Source: an uncultured SAR116 cluster alpha proteobacterium
Lineage (GTDB): Bacteria; Pseudomonadota; Alphaproteobacteria; Puniceispirillales; Marisalimonadaceae
Assembly: GCA_902529515.1 (NCBI GenBank)
Contig: CABZWX010000004.1
Coordinates: 8,102-72,101, forward strand
Length of the DNA stretch: 64,000 bases
Direction of reading: 5' to 3'
Shown here: piece after piece, positions 28,375 to 38,992 of the stretch
Layout: every line of letters starts with the position of its first letter
Numbering within the stretch: position 1 is the first letter of the stretch
Translations under genes and position numbers: made by a program
Notes under the pieces: generated by a model
Databases searched by the model: none
The model's input: the letters and a program-made list of their open reading frames with translations, nothing else
What the model was told of the DNA's origin: nothing

Positions 28375-29664
28375 TATAATTAAGGTAATTGCTCCAAAAA
28401 AAACAAGTCCAATTGTAGCAAAAAAGTTAGGTCCAAATACTAATTTTGATATTGATATTTTAAAATTTTCAGCACTTGTCAAGACAGAAAGAGATGTAAA
28501 ACTTATTGCTGTTCCGGCACACCAACCAATAAGATGTGCTTGCATTAAAAAAGCTGCTTCCCAAACAGATAATAAAGGACCAAATATGGATAAAATCGGA
28601 GCTGACGTAATTATTGGATGCACACCAATTAAACTAAAACACCAAACTATAAAAGGTAATGAAATGATCATCATCCAAAATGGGAAATAATCACTTATAT
28701 TTCTACTTACAAAATTTTGAATTTCAACGGAATTAGTTAATATTGATCCTAAAAACATAGATACTGAAATTAGTAACATTTCATCTCCAGAATTTTGTAT
28801 TAAATTTTTTAAATTTTTGAAAATGAAGTTTGATGTTTCTGGTCGTCTCAATATTTGAATAAATACTAAAATAGGTACTACAATTATTATGGCATTCAAA
28901 GCAGTTTTGTTAAAAATTTGCCCAACAAATAATACAGATATTGCTAAAATAAGTAATCTTGAAAATATTGGTTTAATACATGATAAAGAATCCAAAAGAT
29001 AATTTATTGTTAATTTCCCAATAATGAATTTTATTGTTATAAGATTAAAGAGAGTTGCTATAATGATTCCAAATCCAATCCCCATCCATGCTGACATTTC
29101 AGGAAGATAAATTTGTCCAACAGCAAAACTAACAAAAAAAGGTGACCATAAAACCGCAGTATTCATCCCACGAATTGACGCTTCTCCAGCAGACTGTCTT
29201 AGACTAATTTTTGAATTTTTTGGTAGTACAGACGACAACAACGGAAAAGAACCAATGTTAATTACACTTCCAAGAAAATGAGATGTAACTTGAAGACCTG
29301 AAAGTATTTTTTTTGCATTTAATTTTGATAGAAGTGATTGAGTGTTTTGAACTGATGGCATTGTGATAGCTGTAGCCCTTAAAAGCCATAAACTTGGAAG
29401 GAAAGCAGAAAAAATAATAAAAAAATTTCCAGCTTTAAGAAAATTTTCTTTTGATGGAAAATTGTCTAAAATTAAAAAAGTAAATAAAAATAATAAGGTG
29501 ATAATTATCTTAGTAGTAGTTTTTGAGAATATAAACATCCAAGACAATAATAAAAAATAAATGAAAATTATTAAAAAAATATACTTTTCTCCTAAATTTG
29601 CACCGTAAATTATTGGCAAAACAGCCATCCAGCAAAAACATGTCAAAATTAATTTTAATATCAT
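28357..29664 (-). CDS. Uncharacterised multi-pass membrane protein (possible secondary transporter)
   Basis: Many TM segments; RG..AVLWSPFF, GVHPII. Confidence 0.6.
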   Translation of the reverse strand: MILKLILTCFCWMAVLPIIYGANLGEKYIFLIIFIYFLLLSWMFIFSKTTTKIIITLLFLFTFLILDNFPSKENFLKAGNFFIIFSAFLPSLWLLRATAITMPSVQNTQSLLSKLNAKKILSGLQVTSHFLGSVINIGSFPLLSSVLPKNSKISLRQSAGEASIRGMNTAVLWSPFFVSFAVGQIYLPEMSAWMGIGFGIIIATLFNLITIKFIIGKLTINYLLDSLSCIKPIFSRLLILAISVLFVGQIFNKTALNAIIIVVPILVFIQILRRPETSNFIFKNLKNLIQNSGDEMLLISVSMFLGSILTNSVEIQNFVSRNISDYFPFWMMIISLPFIVWCFSLIGVHPIITSAPILSIFGPLLSVWEAAFLMQAHLIGWCAGTAISFTSLSVLTSAENFKISISKLVFGPNFFATIGLVFFGAITLIISNYFL

Positions 29665-29669
29665 TTTTT

Positions 29670-30173
29670 CTACTTTTTTAATCCTATGGATTTTCCAAAA
29701 GCAGATGGTAATGAGGCATTTTTATGAGCATTTTTCAATTTGAGAAGTTTTTCAAAAGCCCATGATGGATATTGTTCAGACTTACGTAGTTTTAAGTTTA
29801 CATTTATTAAAACTTGTTCAACAACTGCAATTACTTTTTCTTGAAGCTGTGAAAAAATTTCTAAACATAAGTGCATCTTTTTTTTATCACAATCAACTAC
29901 AAATAAGCGTACGTTAAATTTTTCATTTAATTTCATCTCACTTAAATAATGATAATGAGCCTGAACAACAAACGGACCCTGGGAATTTTCATAAGCATGA
30001 GTTTCTCCTATTCCAAGAAAATCTTCTAAGAAAATATCTAAGGATTTATCAAATGCTAGTGTATAGTAAGCAACATTCATATGGCCATTATAATCCAACC
30101 ATTCTTTTAAAACTTTCTGTTCAGGAAGAATAATTGGAGTTGAATAATGACCGCCAATTTTGTTTTCTTTCAT
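29670..30173 (-). CDS. Hotdog-fold thioesterase family protein
   Basis: WLDYNGHMNVAYY. Confidence 0.85.
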   Translation of the reverse strand: MKENKIGGHYSTPIILPEQKVLKEWLDYNGHMNVAYYTLAFDKSLDIFLEDFLGIGETHAYENSQGPFVVQAHYHYLSEMKLNEKFNVRLFVVDCDKKKMHLCLEIFSQLQEKVIAVVEQVLINVNLKLRKSEQYPSWAFEKLLKLKNAHKNASLPSAFGKSIGLKK

Positions 30174-30194
30174 TTATTAAACGACCTATTTAAT

Positions 30195-31385
30195 TTAATT
30201 AGTTTTGGATAAAATTTTAGTTGCTTCTTCTATCCCTTTTATGCTTAAGGGTACCATTCTGTTTGAAAATATTTCTTTAATAATATGTGTAGACTGAGAA
30301 TAATTCCAATGCTCCTGTTTTGTTGGATTAATCCAAACATTTGAAGGCCACTGGGCAATAGCTCTTTCTAACCAAACTTGTCCTGTTTCTTGATTAAAAT
30401 GTTCATTACCACCACCCTCTGCTAAAATTTCATATGGACTCATTGAAGCATCACCAACGAAGATACATTTGTATTCTTTTCCATATGTTCTGAAAATTTC
30501 TGTTGTAGAAAATTGTTCTTTCCATCGTCTTACGTTACTTTTCCAAACACCTTCATATAGACAGTTATGAAAGTAAAAAAAGTTAAGGTTTTTGAAAACA
30601 TTTTTTGCAGCCGAAAATAAATTTTCTACTTGTTTGATGTAGTCATCCATAGAACCACCTACATCAAGAAAAAGTAATATTTTAATTGCATTTTCTCTTT
30701 CTTTTCTAGTTTTTATGTCTAAATAACCATTTTTGGCAGTATGTGATATCGTATTATCTATATCTAACTCTTCATCAATACCGGTTCTCGCCCATTGCCT
30801 TAATCTTTTTAATGCAACTTGCATTCCTCGTGTATCTAATTCTCTTGTATCGTCAAAATCTCGAAATACTCTTTTGTCCCATACTTTAACAGCTTTTCCC
30901 TGCCCTCTTGCATGTTGTCCAATTCTAATTCCTTCTGGATTGTATCCATAAGCTCCAAAAGGTGATTTACCTGCTGTACCTATCCATTTATTGCCACCTT
31001 GATGACGTTTTTTTTGTTCTTTTAGTCTTTGTTCAAGTGTTTTCATTAGTTCATCAAAACCACCTAAAGATTTTATTTCCTCAATTTCTTCTTTAGTAAA
31101 ATGCTTGTCCAACATTTTTTGAAGCCATTCTTTTGGGACTTTTAAATGTTCAAGTACGTCTTCTAATTTTAAAATTTCAATACCCTTAAAATATTCACCA
31201 AATACAACATCAAATCGATCTATTAATTTTTCGTCTTTGACTAGACTTGCTCTAGCCATGTAATAAAAATTTTCAATATTAAATTGAATAAAGTCTAATT
31301 TAATTGAATCTAAAAATGTAAAAAATTCATTTAATGTAACTGGAATTCTGGCATCTTTTAGTTTGAAAAAGAAATTTAGAAACAT
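30195..31385 (-). CDS. vWA-domain protein (CoxE-like), MoxR partner
   Basis: DVGGSM MIDAS motif, GGNKWIGT, VGDASMSPYE. Confidence 0.88.
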   Translation of the reverse strand: MFLNFFFKLKDARIPVTLNEFFTFLDSIKLDFIQFNIENFYYMARASLVKDEKLIDRFDVVFGEYFKGIEILKLEDVLEHLKVPKEWLQKMLDKHFTKEEIEEIKSLGGFDELMKTLEQRLKEQKKRHQGGNKWIGTAGKSPFGAYGYNPEGIRIGQHARGQGKAVKVWDKRVFRDFDDTRELDTRGMQVALKRLRQWARTGIDEELDIDNTISHTAKNGYLDIKTRKERENAIKILLFLDVGGSMDDYIKQVENLFSAAKNVFKNLNFFYFHNCLYEGVWKSNVRRWKEQFSTTEIFRTYGKEYKCIFVGDASMSPYEILAEGGGNEHFNQETGQVWLERAIAQWPSNVWINPTKQEHWNYSQSTHIIKEIFSNRMVPLSIKGIEEATKILSKTN

Positions 31386-31389
31386 TCTC

Positions 31390-32229
31390 TTATCTATTTC
31401 CTCTTGCCATAAAAGCTAACCTCTCAAACAAATGAATATCTTGTTCATTTTTAATAAGAGCGCCATGTAACTTAGGCAACAAATCCTTTCCATCACTTTT
31501 TAAATCTATTGGATTAATATCTTCAAGTAATAAAAGTTTAATCCAATCTAAGGCCTCCGAAGTTGATGGTTTTTTCTTTAATCCAGGAATTTCTCTAACT
31601 TCAAAAAATCTATTTAATGCTGCTTCTAGTAATGATTTTTTTATTTCAGGAAAGTGTACTTGAACAATTTTTTTTAAGATATCAATTTCAGGAAATTGAA
31701 TGTAATGAAAAAAACATCGTCTTAAAAATGCCTCTGGAAGTTCTTTTTCATTATTAGATGTTATTATTACTATGGGTCTTTTTTTGGCTTTAACAATTTC
31801 ATTAGTTTCATAAACAAAAAATTCCATTTTATCTAACTCTTGAAGTAGGTCATTTGGAAATTCTATGTCTGCTTTATCAATCTCATCAATTAATAGTACT
31901 GATCTTTCTTTAGATTCAAAAGCATTCCAAATTTTACCTTTCTTTATGTAATTTCCAATATTTTCTATCTTTTTATCGCCTATTTGGCTATCTCTGAGAC
32001 GACTAACAGCATCATATTCATATAATCCTTGCTGAGCTTTTGTTGTGGATTTTATATTCCATTCAATAATACCTAATCCTAGGCTGTCCGATACTTGTCT
32101 TCCTAATTCTGTTTTTCCAGTACCTGGCTCACCTTTAATTAATAATGGTTTTTCAAGTGAAATTGCTGCATTTACAGCAACGTTCAAATCTTCAGTTGAA
32201 ATATAATTCTGAGTTCCATTAAATTTCAT
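31390..32229 (-). CDS. MoxR-family AAA+ ATPase
   Basis: GEPGTGKT, LIDEIDKAD, FLRRC. Confidence 0.92.
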   Translation of the reverse strand: MKFNGTQNYISTEDLNVAVNAAISLEKPLLIKGEPGTGKTELGRQVSDSLGLGIIEWNIKSTTKAQQGLYEYDAVSRLRDSQIGDKKIENIGNYIKKGKIWNAFESKERSVLLIDEIDKADIEFPNDLLQELDKMEFFVYETNEIVKAKKRPIVIITSNNEKELPEAFLRRCFFHYIQFPEIDILKKIVQVHFPEIKKSLLEAALNRFFEVREIPGLKKKPSTSEALDWIKLLLLEDINPIDLKSDGKDLLPKLHGALIKNEQDIHLFERLAFMARGNR

Positions 32230-32254
32230 TCTTTATTAACTCCAAAAACTTTAT

Positions 32255-33142
32255 CTATTGATTAAAAATTTTGTTTTTTAGTGCTTCTATATATTTTGGA
32301 CCTACCTCACAACATCCTCCGATTATAGAAGCATTATTTTTAATGTAACTCAATATTTCAACTGTAAATTTATTAATGTTTAAATCAGATCTTTTTTTAA
32401 GAATTGATACATCATTGTGAATGTCTAGGTCATTTACTGTTACAAAAGCATTAGGTAAAGCACCATATGGCTTGGAAAAATTTTTCATAACATTAATTGA
32501 AGAATGAATAGCTTCAGGTGGAGCACAATTTATTAAAAAGGAATCAATTTTTGAATTATTAAATTCTCTTAAAGCATCTTCTAAACTCTCTCCAGATCGT
32601 AATAAGGTTCCGTCTTCTTCCTTAACACAGAAACTCAACCAGACTTTTTTATCAGTAGTTAAAGCAATTTCAGTTGCTATATGAGCTTCTTCAATTGAAC
32701 AAACTGTCTCACAACAAAGTATTTCTACATGTGGTTCTTGAATTTCTATTATTTTCTTATAAGTATCTTTTGCTTCATTTTTATCCATGCCTATATTTGT
32801 CTTATAACTCATAACTAGTGGAGGCAAACAGCCAATAATTTTTATGTCAGTTTCAACTAACGATGACTTTTTGGCATCAATGGCCGCTTTAATTGCACTT
32901 TTTTGAAGAGGTATGAATAATTCTTCCAGATTATGTCTTTTTAACTTTTGTGGTGTGACACTATAAGAATTTAATGTTATTGCCTCTGCACCAGCTTTTA
33001 TAAAATCTCTGTGCAAATCCACAACTAAATCATAATTATCAAGCATCACTCTAGCTGACCAGAGACCATCTGGTTTAACTTTTGATCTATGTATTAATTC
33101 CTGGCCCATACCGCCATCAATAAGAATTATATTATTATCCAT
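32255..33142 (-). CDS. Homocysteine S-methyltransferase family protein
   Basis: DGGMG, INC, GGCC Zn ligands. Confidence 0.88.
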   Translation of the reverse strand: MDNNIILIDGGMGQELIHRSKVKPDGLWSARVMLDNYDLVVDLHRDFIKAGAEAITLNSYSVTPQKLKRHNLEELFIPLQKSAIKAAIDAKKSSLVETDIKIIGCLPPLVMSYKTNIGMDKNEAKDTYKKIIEIQEPHVEILCCETVCSIEEAHIATEIALTTDKKVWLSFCVKEEDGTLLRSGESLEDALREFNNSKIDSFLINCAPPEAIHSSINVMKNFSKPYGALPNAFVTVNDLDIHNDVSILKKRSDLNINKFTVEILSYIKNNASIIGGCCEVGPKYIEALKNKIFNQ

Positions 33143-33163
33143 GTATTTCCATATAAATCAGAA

Positions 33164-34666
33164 TTAATTATTTTGAGCCTTTGTTATTTTTATTAAAAAA
33201 ATTAATGGTATAGATAAAAAACCTACCCATGAATATAATTTAAATGCATCTATATACCCAACCATAAGACTTTGTCTATTTAATTCATTTGTTAGCTTTG
33301 TAACATTCAAATCATCTAATGAATTAATGACACCTGAAAAGTTCATACCTTGGTTCCATAAAGATACTGCAGAACCAATTTCTTCAAAGTTAATTTGACC
33401 CATATGAAGAACAACTGCAACACTTACTGAAATAAAAAAACTTGATCCAATATTTCTAATTAGATGAAACATAGCTGTAGCTTCTCCGTGAAATTTATTT
33501 GACAAGGTTGCAAAGCAAATAACACTCACTGGAGGCCAAGTCAAACCAACACCTAAACCCTGAACTAAACTAGCCCAGGCTATATGTGAAAAGGTCATAT
33601 TTATATCGAAGGTTGACATGTAAAGACCTGAGATAGCTTGTATTCCAAAGCCAAAAAAAATAATTATTCTTGGATCAATCCTGCTTGTAAAAGCTATTAT
33701 TGCAAAACCAACAAACGTTCCTATTCCCCTCATTCCTAATATTAATCCAATTATAGATTGAGGATACCCTCTCAATTCTTGTAGTAGAGGTGGAAAGATA
33801 ACCATTGGAACAAAATTTAACATGCCAAAGAAGAATATTAGAATAAGACCTACAGTGTAATTTCTGTCTTTAAAAATACTTAAATTTATAAAAGGCTTTT
33901 TTGTAGTCAGGCTGTGAGTAATAAAGATATAAAAGCCAATAATAGCTATTCCACACTCAATAATAGTCTCTGTGCTATCAAACCAACTATTTCTTTCTCC
34001 TCTATCGAACATTATTTGTAATGCAGCAACACTACATGCAAGAGCAAAAAAACCAATCCAATCTAAATGCATTCCACCTTCAACTGGTCTTTTTGGAACT
34101 GTAACAATTACAGCTAATAAAGCACAAAAACCAAATGGTACTAGGGTGTAAAAAATCCATCTCCAATTTAGTAATTCACCAAGATATCCTCCAATTGTTG
34201 GTGCAATCACAGGACCCAGAATTGTACCCATTCCCCAAACTGCCATAGCCACAGAAATTTGCCTTTTTGGAAATACTGCTAAAACAAGCGTTTGTGAAAG
34301 TGGCGGAAGTGGTGCTCCAAATATGCCTTGTGCTACCCTTGCAATAACAATTTCTTCTAAAGAATCTGACATTCCACAAAAAATGGAAGAAATTATAAAA
34401 CCTATTACGCTTAAAATAAGGATTGTTCTAATTTGTATTCTCGAAGATAACCAGCCAGCAAAAGGAGTAAAGATTGCTGTTGCAACTATATTTCCAGTTA
34501 CAACCCAAGAAATCTGGTCTTGTGTTGCTCCCATAGCTCCTCTCATGTCTGATAATGCAATTGAAGCTATTGTTACATTCATCGCATAAAGCATAGTTAC
34601 AAATGTTGCTGTAGCTAAAATAAACCATTTAAAAGAAGTATTAGTTTCAGATATTAGAGGTGACAA
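33164..34666 (-). CDS. emrB: DHA2/EmrB-type MFS efflux permease
   Basis: QISWV, ARVAQG, GPVIAPTIGG, WRWIF, RNIGSS. Confidence 0.88.
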   Translation of the reverse strand: MSPLISETNTSFKWFILATATFVTMLYAMNVTIASIALSDMRGAMGATQDQISWVVTGNIVATAIFTPFAGWLSSRIQIRTILILSVIGFIISSIFCGMSDSLEEIVIARVAQGIFGAPLPPLSQTLVLAVFPKRQISVAMAVWGMGTILGPVIAPTIGGYLGELLNWRWIFYTLVPFGFCALLAVIVTVPKRPVEGGMHLDWIGFFALACSVAALQIMFDRGERNSWFDSTETIIECGIAIIGFYIFITHSLTTKKPFINLSIFKDRNYTVGLILIFFFGMLNFVPMVIFPPLLQELRGYPQSIIGLILGMRGIGTFVGFAIIAFTSRIDPRIIIFFGFGIQAISGLYMSTFDINMTFSHIAWASLVQGLGVGLTWPPVSVICFATLSNKFHGEATAMFHLIRNIGSSFFISVSVAVVLHMGQINFEEIGSAVSLWNQGMNFSGVINSLDDLNVTKLTNELNRQSLMVGYIDAFKLYSWVGFLSIPLIFLIKITKAQNN

Positions 34667-34667
34667 C

Positions 34668-35927
34668 TTAATCTCTTAGTGATTTAAAAATAGAAGCAAA
34701 AGGTCGGATTATTATTGGAATTTCACTCTCATACTTAGTGTCTATCGTGACCGACACAGACATACCTACCCTAAGCTGTTTATCAGCATTTAAATTATCT
34801 TTATTTTTATTAATCGGATCACCAATCGAAATTCTTACAGGAATTCTTTGAACAACTTTCACCCAATTACCAGAAGAGTTTTGTGGTGGTAAAATTGAAA
34901 ATTCAGCACCTGTGGCAGGACTTATACTTTGCACTTGGGCGTTCCATTTTGTATCAGGGTATGCGTCAGGAATAAAATATGCTGATTGACCAACTTTTAT
35001 ATTAGTTAAGTCAGTTTCTTTTAAATTAGCTTCTAACCAAGATTTTTTTTCATCAACTATTACAAATAGAATTTTTCCAACATCTATATACTCTCCTTTT
35101 TCTAGATTCAATTTAGCAACAATTCCATCTTGTTTAGCAAATATAATGGACTGCTTAATATCAAAGTTTATTTTATTTAATTTACTTTTATGTTTTAAAT
35201 ATAATGGATGTTTTTTTGGCAAAATTTTTTCATTACCATTTAAAGTGGTCAGTATTGTTTTGAGTTTATCTTGATTTATTTTTAGTTTTTGTTTTGAAGA
35301 CAAATACGAATATTTAATTTTTTCTAAATCATTATTTAGATTTACATATTTTAAATTAGCTATGGCAGAATTATAAAGAAATTTTGCTTCATCAAGTTTA
35401 CTTTGAAGACCAACTCCTTTTTTAACCAAATTTTTTATTCTATTAAACTCTAATTTTTGATATTCAACTTTTTCATTCGCTAACTTAATCTCAACACTCA
35501 CTAGAGAGTTCACTCTCTTAATTTCAGAAGAATAAAATTTAATTTCTTCTTTTGCTAATTTTACTTCTTCTTTCGCCTCATTATATTTTGATTTTCTATT
35601 CTCAATTTCTTTAATTATATTTATAAGATTCTGTTTTTGTTCACTTAAATCCAATTCAAGTTTTTTGGTATCAATTTTAAAAAGTTTATCTCCCTTATTT
35701 ACCCTTTGATTATCTTTAATAAATACCATATCTACTCTTCCAGAAACCTCAGATTGAACAGAAATAATAGGAGCTTTTATGTATGCATTTTCTGTTGATA
35801 TAAACCTACCTAAAGAATAAAAATAACCCATAGTGGTGAGCACAACTAAAGTAGGAAGTAGAATTAATAATAAAAATCTAACTACTATATTGCTAGGATT
35901 TAATTCTTTATCAACTTCATTTGACAT
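34668..35927 (-). CDS. emrA: EmrA/HlyD periplasmic adaptor
   Basis: STENAY, ANLKET, ATGAEFSILPPQNSSGNWVKVVQRIPV. Confidence 0.9.
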   Translation of the reverse strand: MSNEVDKELNPSNIVVRFLLLILLPTLVVLTTMGYFYSLGRFISTENAYIKAPIISVQSEVSGRVDMVFIKDNQRVNKGDKLFKIDTKKLELDLSEQKQNLINIIKEIENRKSKYNEAKEEVKLAKEEIKFYSSEIKRVNSLVSVEIKLANEKVEYQKLEFNRIKNLVKKGVGLQSKLDEAKFLYNSAIANLKYVNLNNDLEKIKYSYLSSKQKLKINQDKLKTILTTLNGNEKILPKKHPLYLKHKSKLNKINFDIKQSIIFAKQDGIVAKLNLEKGEYIDVGKILFVIVDEKKSWLEANLKETDLTNIKVGQSAYFIPDAYPDTKWNAQVQSISPATGAEFSILPPQNSSGNWVKVVQRIPVRISIGDPINKNKDNLNADKQLRVGMSVSVTIDTKYESEIPIIIRPFASIFKSLRD

Positions 35928-35945
35928 TAACTCTGTTCCTTTAAA

Positions 35946-36380
35946 TTATACTTTTGAAGATAAATCTTTTTTTAAAATCTGTAGTAAGTCCCTTAACTTG
36001 TTTAGATCTTGATTATTTAATATTGATAAAGAATCTTTTCTATAAGTTGCTGCTTTGTCCCTCATGGAATTAATAAGAGGTTTAATTTTTTTAGATAAAT
36101 AAATATTTTTTATTCTTCGATCTTTATTTCCACTTTTTCTTTCAACCCATCCCTTTAATTCCATGCGGTCTATAAGTCTACTTAATGGTGCTTTTTCCAT
36201 ATCCATAAGTATTGCAAGTTCGGATTGTTGTATGCCATCTTTAAAATATAAATAAGTTAAGAGCCACCATTGAGATCTAGTTAGACCTATAGAAGCCATT
36301 TGACGATCATATAAAACACGAAGTAATCGAGCTACATCATGAATTAACAAACCTATATTATCTTCAAATGATTCTTTCAA
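35946..36380 (-). CDS. MarR-family regulator
   Basis: GLTRSQW, LIDRMELKGWVER, DRRIK. Confidence 0.9.
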   Translation of the reverse strand: MKESFEDNIGLLIHDVARLLRVLYDRQMASIGLTRSQWWLLTYLYFKDGIQQSELAILMDMEKAPLSRLIDRMELKGWVERKSGNKDRRIKNIYLSKKIKPLINSMRDKAATYRKDSLSILNNQDLNKLRDLLQILKKDLSSKV

Positions 36381-36392
36381 GCAATACCTACA

Positions 36393-36416
36393 AAATAGTT
36401 TACTAGGAAACTATTT
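36393..36416. promoter_or_regulatory. Probable MarR operator
   Basis: AAATAGTTTaCTAGgAAACTATTT: 24-bp palindrome with one mismatched pair, 12 nt upstream of the marR start. Confidence 0.65.
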
Positions 36417-36453
36417 AGTTAACATATTTACTAATTTAATCAAACATAAATAT

Positions 36454-37026
36454 TTAGTTTATTAAATTTTTTCTGAATTTTGATTTTTCTTCAGAAGCAT
36501 TCCAATTTCTAGAATATTTAGGAGGACTTGATTCACTAACTTTTAATAGTATGAAAGCTGGACCACTAAAATTATCAAGAATTTTTTTTCCTTCTAATAA
36601 TTCCTGCTCTGTTATAATAGTTTTGGTAATAGGAAAACCACAACCCTTTGCAATCATATCTAAATTGACGCCTAAACCTGTATGAGATGTTTGCCCCCCT
36701 GTTTCCAAATATAATGCATTATCTACACAAATAATAATAAGGTTTTTGGGTTTAATAGTTGCTATTGTAGCCAGACAACCCATAGACATTAAAATATCAC
36801 CATCACCTGAAACACATAGAACTTTATCATTAGGTCTTGATAGAGCAAGACCAAGAGAAGTTGGCAACGCACCTCCCATAGCACCTCCAAATAAAAAAGT
36901 ATTTGGACTTTCTTTAGTTAAAAAACCAATATCCTTTGCTGACCCTGCTAAACCCGATATTATAAGAAATCTATTGTTATCGCCAATCAAAGTTGGAATT
37001 GCTTTTTTTCTGTCTAATAAATTCAT
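36454..37026 (-). CDS. ThDP-dependent decarboxylase beta subunit (sulfopyruvate/phosphonopyruvate decarboxylase, ComE-like)
   Basis: GAMGG, GDGD..M...DN ThDP motif, ETGGQ. Confidence 0.8.
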   Translation of the reverse strand: MNLLDRKKAIPTLIGDNNRFLIISGLAGSAKDIGFLTKESPNTFLFGGAMGGALPTSLGLALSRPNDKVLCVSGDGDILMSMGCLATIATIKPKNLIIICVDNALYLETGGQTSHTGLGVNLDMIAKGCGFPITKTIITEQELLEGKKILDNFSGPAFILLKVSESSPPKYSRNWNASEEKSKFRKNLIN

Positions 37027-37040
37027 TTTTTTAATTTATA

Positions 37041-37547
37041 CTAAAAAACCTTAGCACTGATTAATTTTTGAGAAAGCAAAACAGCCACAGATCTCTCTGA
37101 CTTAAATACCATTGTCAAAGCTGCTCTAATTGTACTTTCAACATCTTCTTCTTTTTCAATTTTAATACAACTTACACCCATTGAATTTAAAGTTGGTATT
37201 ACTGCTTCACCCATTGCAAACTGCCAAGGATTACCTTCACCAAATTCACCTCTCATTGTTATGATAGTAAAAAAAGGAAATTGACCGTGTTTAATTAATG
37301 ATAATTGATTAATACAATTTCCGACACCACTACTCTGCATTAATAAAACAGATTTAGAGCCTCCAAGGTACGAACCAGCAGCAATTCCTATACCCTCTTC
37401 TTCAGATGTTAAAGGAATAGCTATGACTGAATTGTCTTTTGTTGCATTATCTATTAATATCTTATGTCCAGCGTCAGGGACATAGCTAAATAGTTTGATT
37501 CCGTCATTTTTTAATGTTTTATAAAGTTTATTTTGCCAACTTTTCAT
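37041..37547 (-). CDS. ThDP-dependent decarboxylase alpha subunit (ComD-like)
   Basis: YVPD, EEEGIG, MQSSGVGN, MRG, NPWQ. Confidence 0.8.
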   Translation of the reverse strand: MKSWQNKLYKTLKNDGIKLFSYVPDAGHKILIDNATKDNSVIAIPLTSEEEGIGIAAGSYLGGSKSVLLMQSSGVGNCINQLSLIKHGQFPFFTIITMRGEFGEGNPWQFAMGEAVIPTLNSMGVSCIKIEKEEDVESTIRAALTMVFKSERSVAVLLSQKLISAKVF

Positions 37548-37586
37548 TTTAATTTTTTAACATACTCAAACTTTATTAGATATCAT

Positions 37587-38210
37587 TTATATAAATTTGT
37601 TGTTAACACTTAATAACCGATATTTACCACCTTTATTTCTGATATTATCTTTCTTAAGAACCTCTATAGAGGTAATACTTAAATGAGAAATCTCTATTCC
37701 TATTGCTTTGTTAGGATCCAAGTCCAAAATTTGAGACAAAAAAGCTCTAATTGTTCCGGAATGGGAAATAAAAATCAATGACGTATGATCGTGAAAATTA
37801 AGATTATTAACAAATTCAGAAACGCGTTTACATTGATCCAGAAAACTTTCACCTTTTGGAGGACAATTTTCAGGAGAAAGAAATGAAAAGTTATGTTGAG
37901 TTTTAAATTTTTTTATTTCTTCCCAAACTAATGATATTTTTTTTCCTTGCCATTCTCCAAAGTTTTGCTCTCTCAATTTTTTTTCAATTACTATTTCCTT
38001 AAAATTTCTATATTTGGACAATTCTTGAGCAGTTTGAATAGCTCTCTTTAAAGGACTAACATAACATAAACTATTATCTGGAATATATGCGGCAAGCTTT
38101 TTTAAATGATCAGAATTTATAATTGCTTTGGGATTATTTTCTGGGACATAACCATCTTTTTTTAAAGCTGGAGCATGACGTATAAGATATAATCTACAAG
38201 TATTCATCAA
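37587..38210 (-). CDS. cobC: Histidine phosphatase, probable alpha-ribazole-phosphate phosphatase
   Basis: IRHA, SPLKRA, EQNFGEW, SHSG; overlaps cobS. Confidence 0.7.
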   Translation of the reverse strand: MMNTCRLYLIRHAPALKKDGYVPENNPKAIINSDHLKKLAAYIPDNSLCYVSPLKRAIQTAQELSKYRNFKEIVIEKKLREQNFGEWQGKKISLVWEEIKKFKTQHNFSFLSPENCPPKGESFLDQCKRVSEFVNNLNFHDHTSLIFISHSGTIRAFLSQILDLDPNKAIGIEISHLSITSIEVLKKDNIRNKGGKYRLLSVNNKFI

Positions 38211-38992
38211 TAAAAATGCCTTAAATAAATTATTATCCCAAGCAAAAAAACTAATTCAGTTGTAAAAGCAATTGCTCCAAGTACATCTCCAGTAATACCA
38301 CCTATTTTTTTTTTAGACATTTTACCTATAAAAAAAATTACTCCTGAAATAAAAAAAATTCCTATTAAAACACCCCAGAAAGGAAAAAAACAAACTACTG
38401 GTATTAGCCAGATTAAAGAGGCTATTACTAGCATTTTAGTAGAAACAGTCTCAATAATACTACCTGTTTTTGAAAAAGTTGAGACAGTAAAATAATTTCT
38501 TGTGAAAATTATCGATAATTTTCCTGAAGCAATACTAGAAGATAAAATCAATATTAATGAATAACCTAATTCTACCAAATTTATTGCTAGCCCTAGTCGT
38601 ATTAATAATCCCAAGGTTAATGCTGTTGTTCCGTAAGTTCCAAGACGACTGTCATGTATTATTTTGTTAATTTTTTCTGGTGAACCGCCTGCCCCAAAAC
38701 CATCCGCCATATCAGCCAAACCATCTTCATGAAAAGCCCCAGTAATCATAACACTAAATGCGATTGCTATCGTACAAGATAAAAATATAGATAAATTAAT
38801 ATTAATACATAGTTCACCAATAATTCCTGATATAATACCTATTATATAACCAATTAAAGGAAAACTCCATGCTGCGTTTGTAAGATTTGGTGGTTTATTT
38901 GAAAAAAATTTCCAATTAACTGGTATTCTTGTAAAAAACATTAGACTAGCAAAAAAATCTAACACTAATCTATTTTTTAAAATTGTTTTCAT
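38207..38992 (-). CDS. cobS: Adenosylcobinamide-GDP ribazoletransferase (cobalamin synthase)
   Basis: FFTRIP, TGAFHEDGLADMADG, DSRLGTYG, GGITGD. Confidence 0.92.
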   Translation of the reverse strand: MKTILKNRLVLDFFASLMFFTRIPVNWKFFSNKPPNLTNAAWSFPLIGYIIGIISGIIGELCININLSIFLSCTIAIAFSVMITGAFHEDGLADMADGFGAGGSPEKINKIIHDSRLGTYGTTALTLGLLIRLGLAINLVELGYSLILILSSSIASGKLSIIFTRNYFTVSTFSKTGSIIETVSTKMLVIASLIWLIPVVCFFPFWGVLIGIFFISGVIFFIGKMSKKKIGGITGDVLGAIAFTTELVFLLGIIIYLRHFY

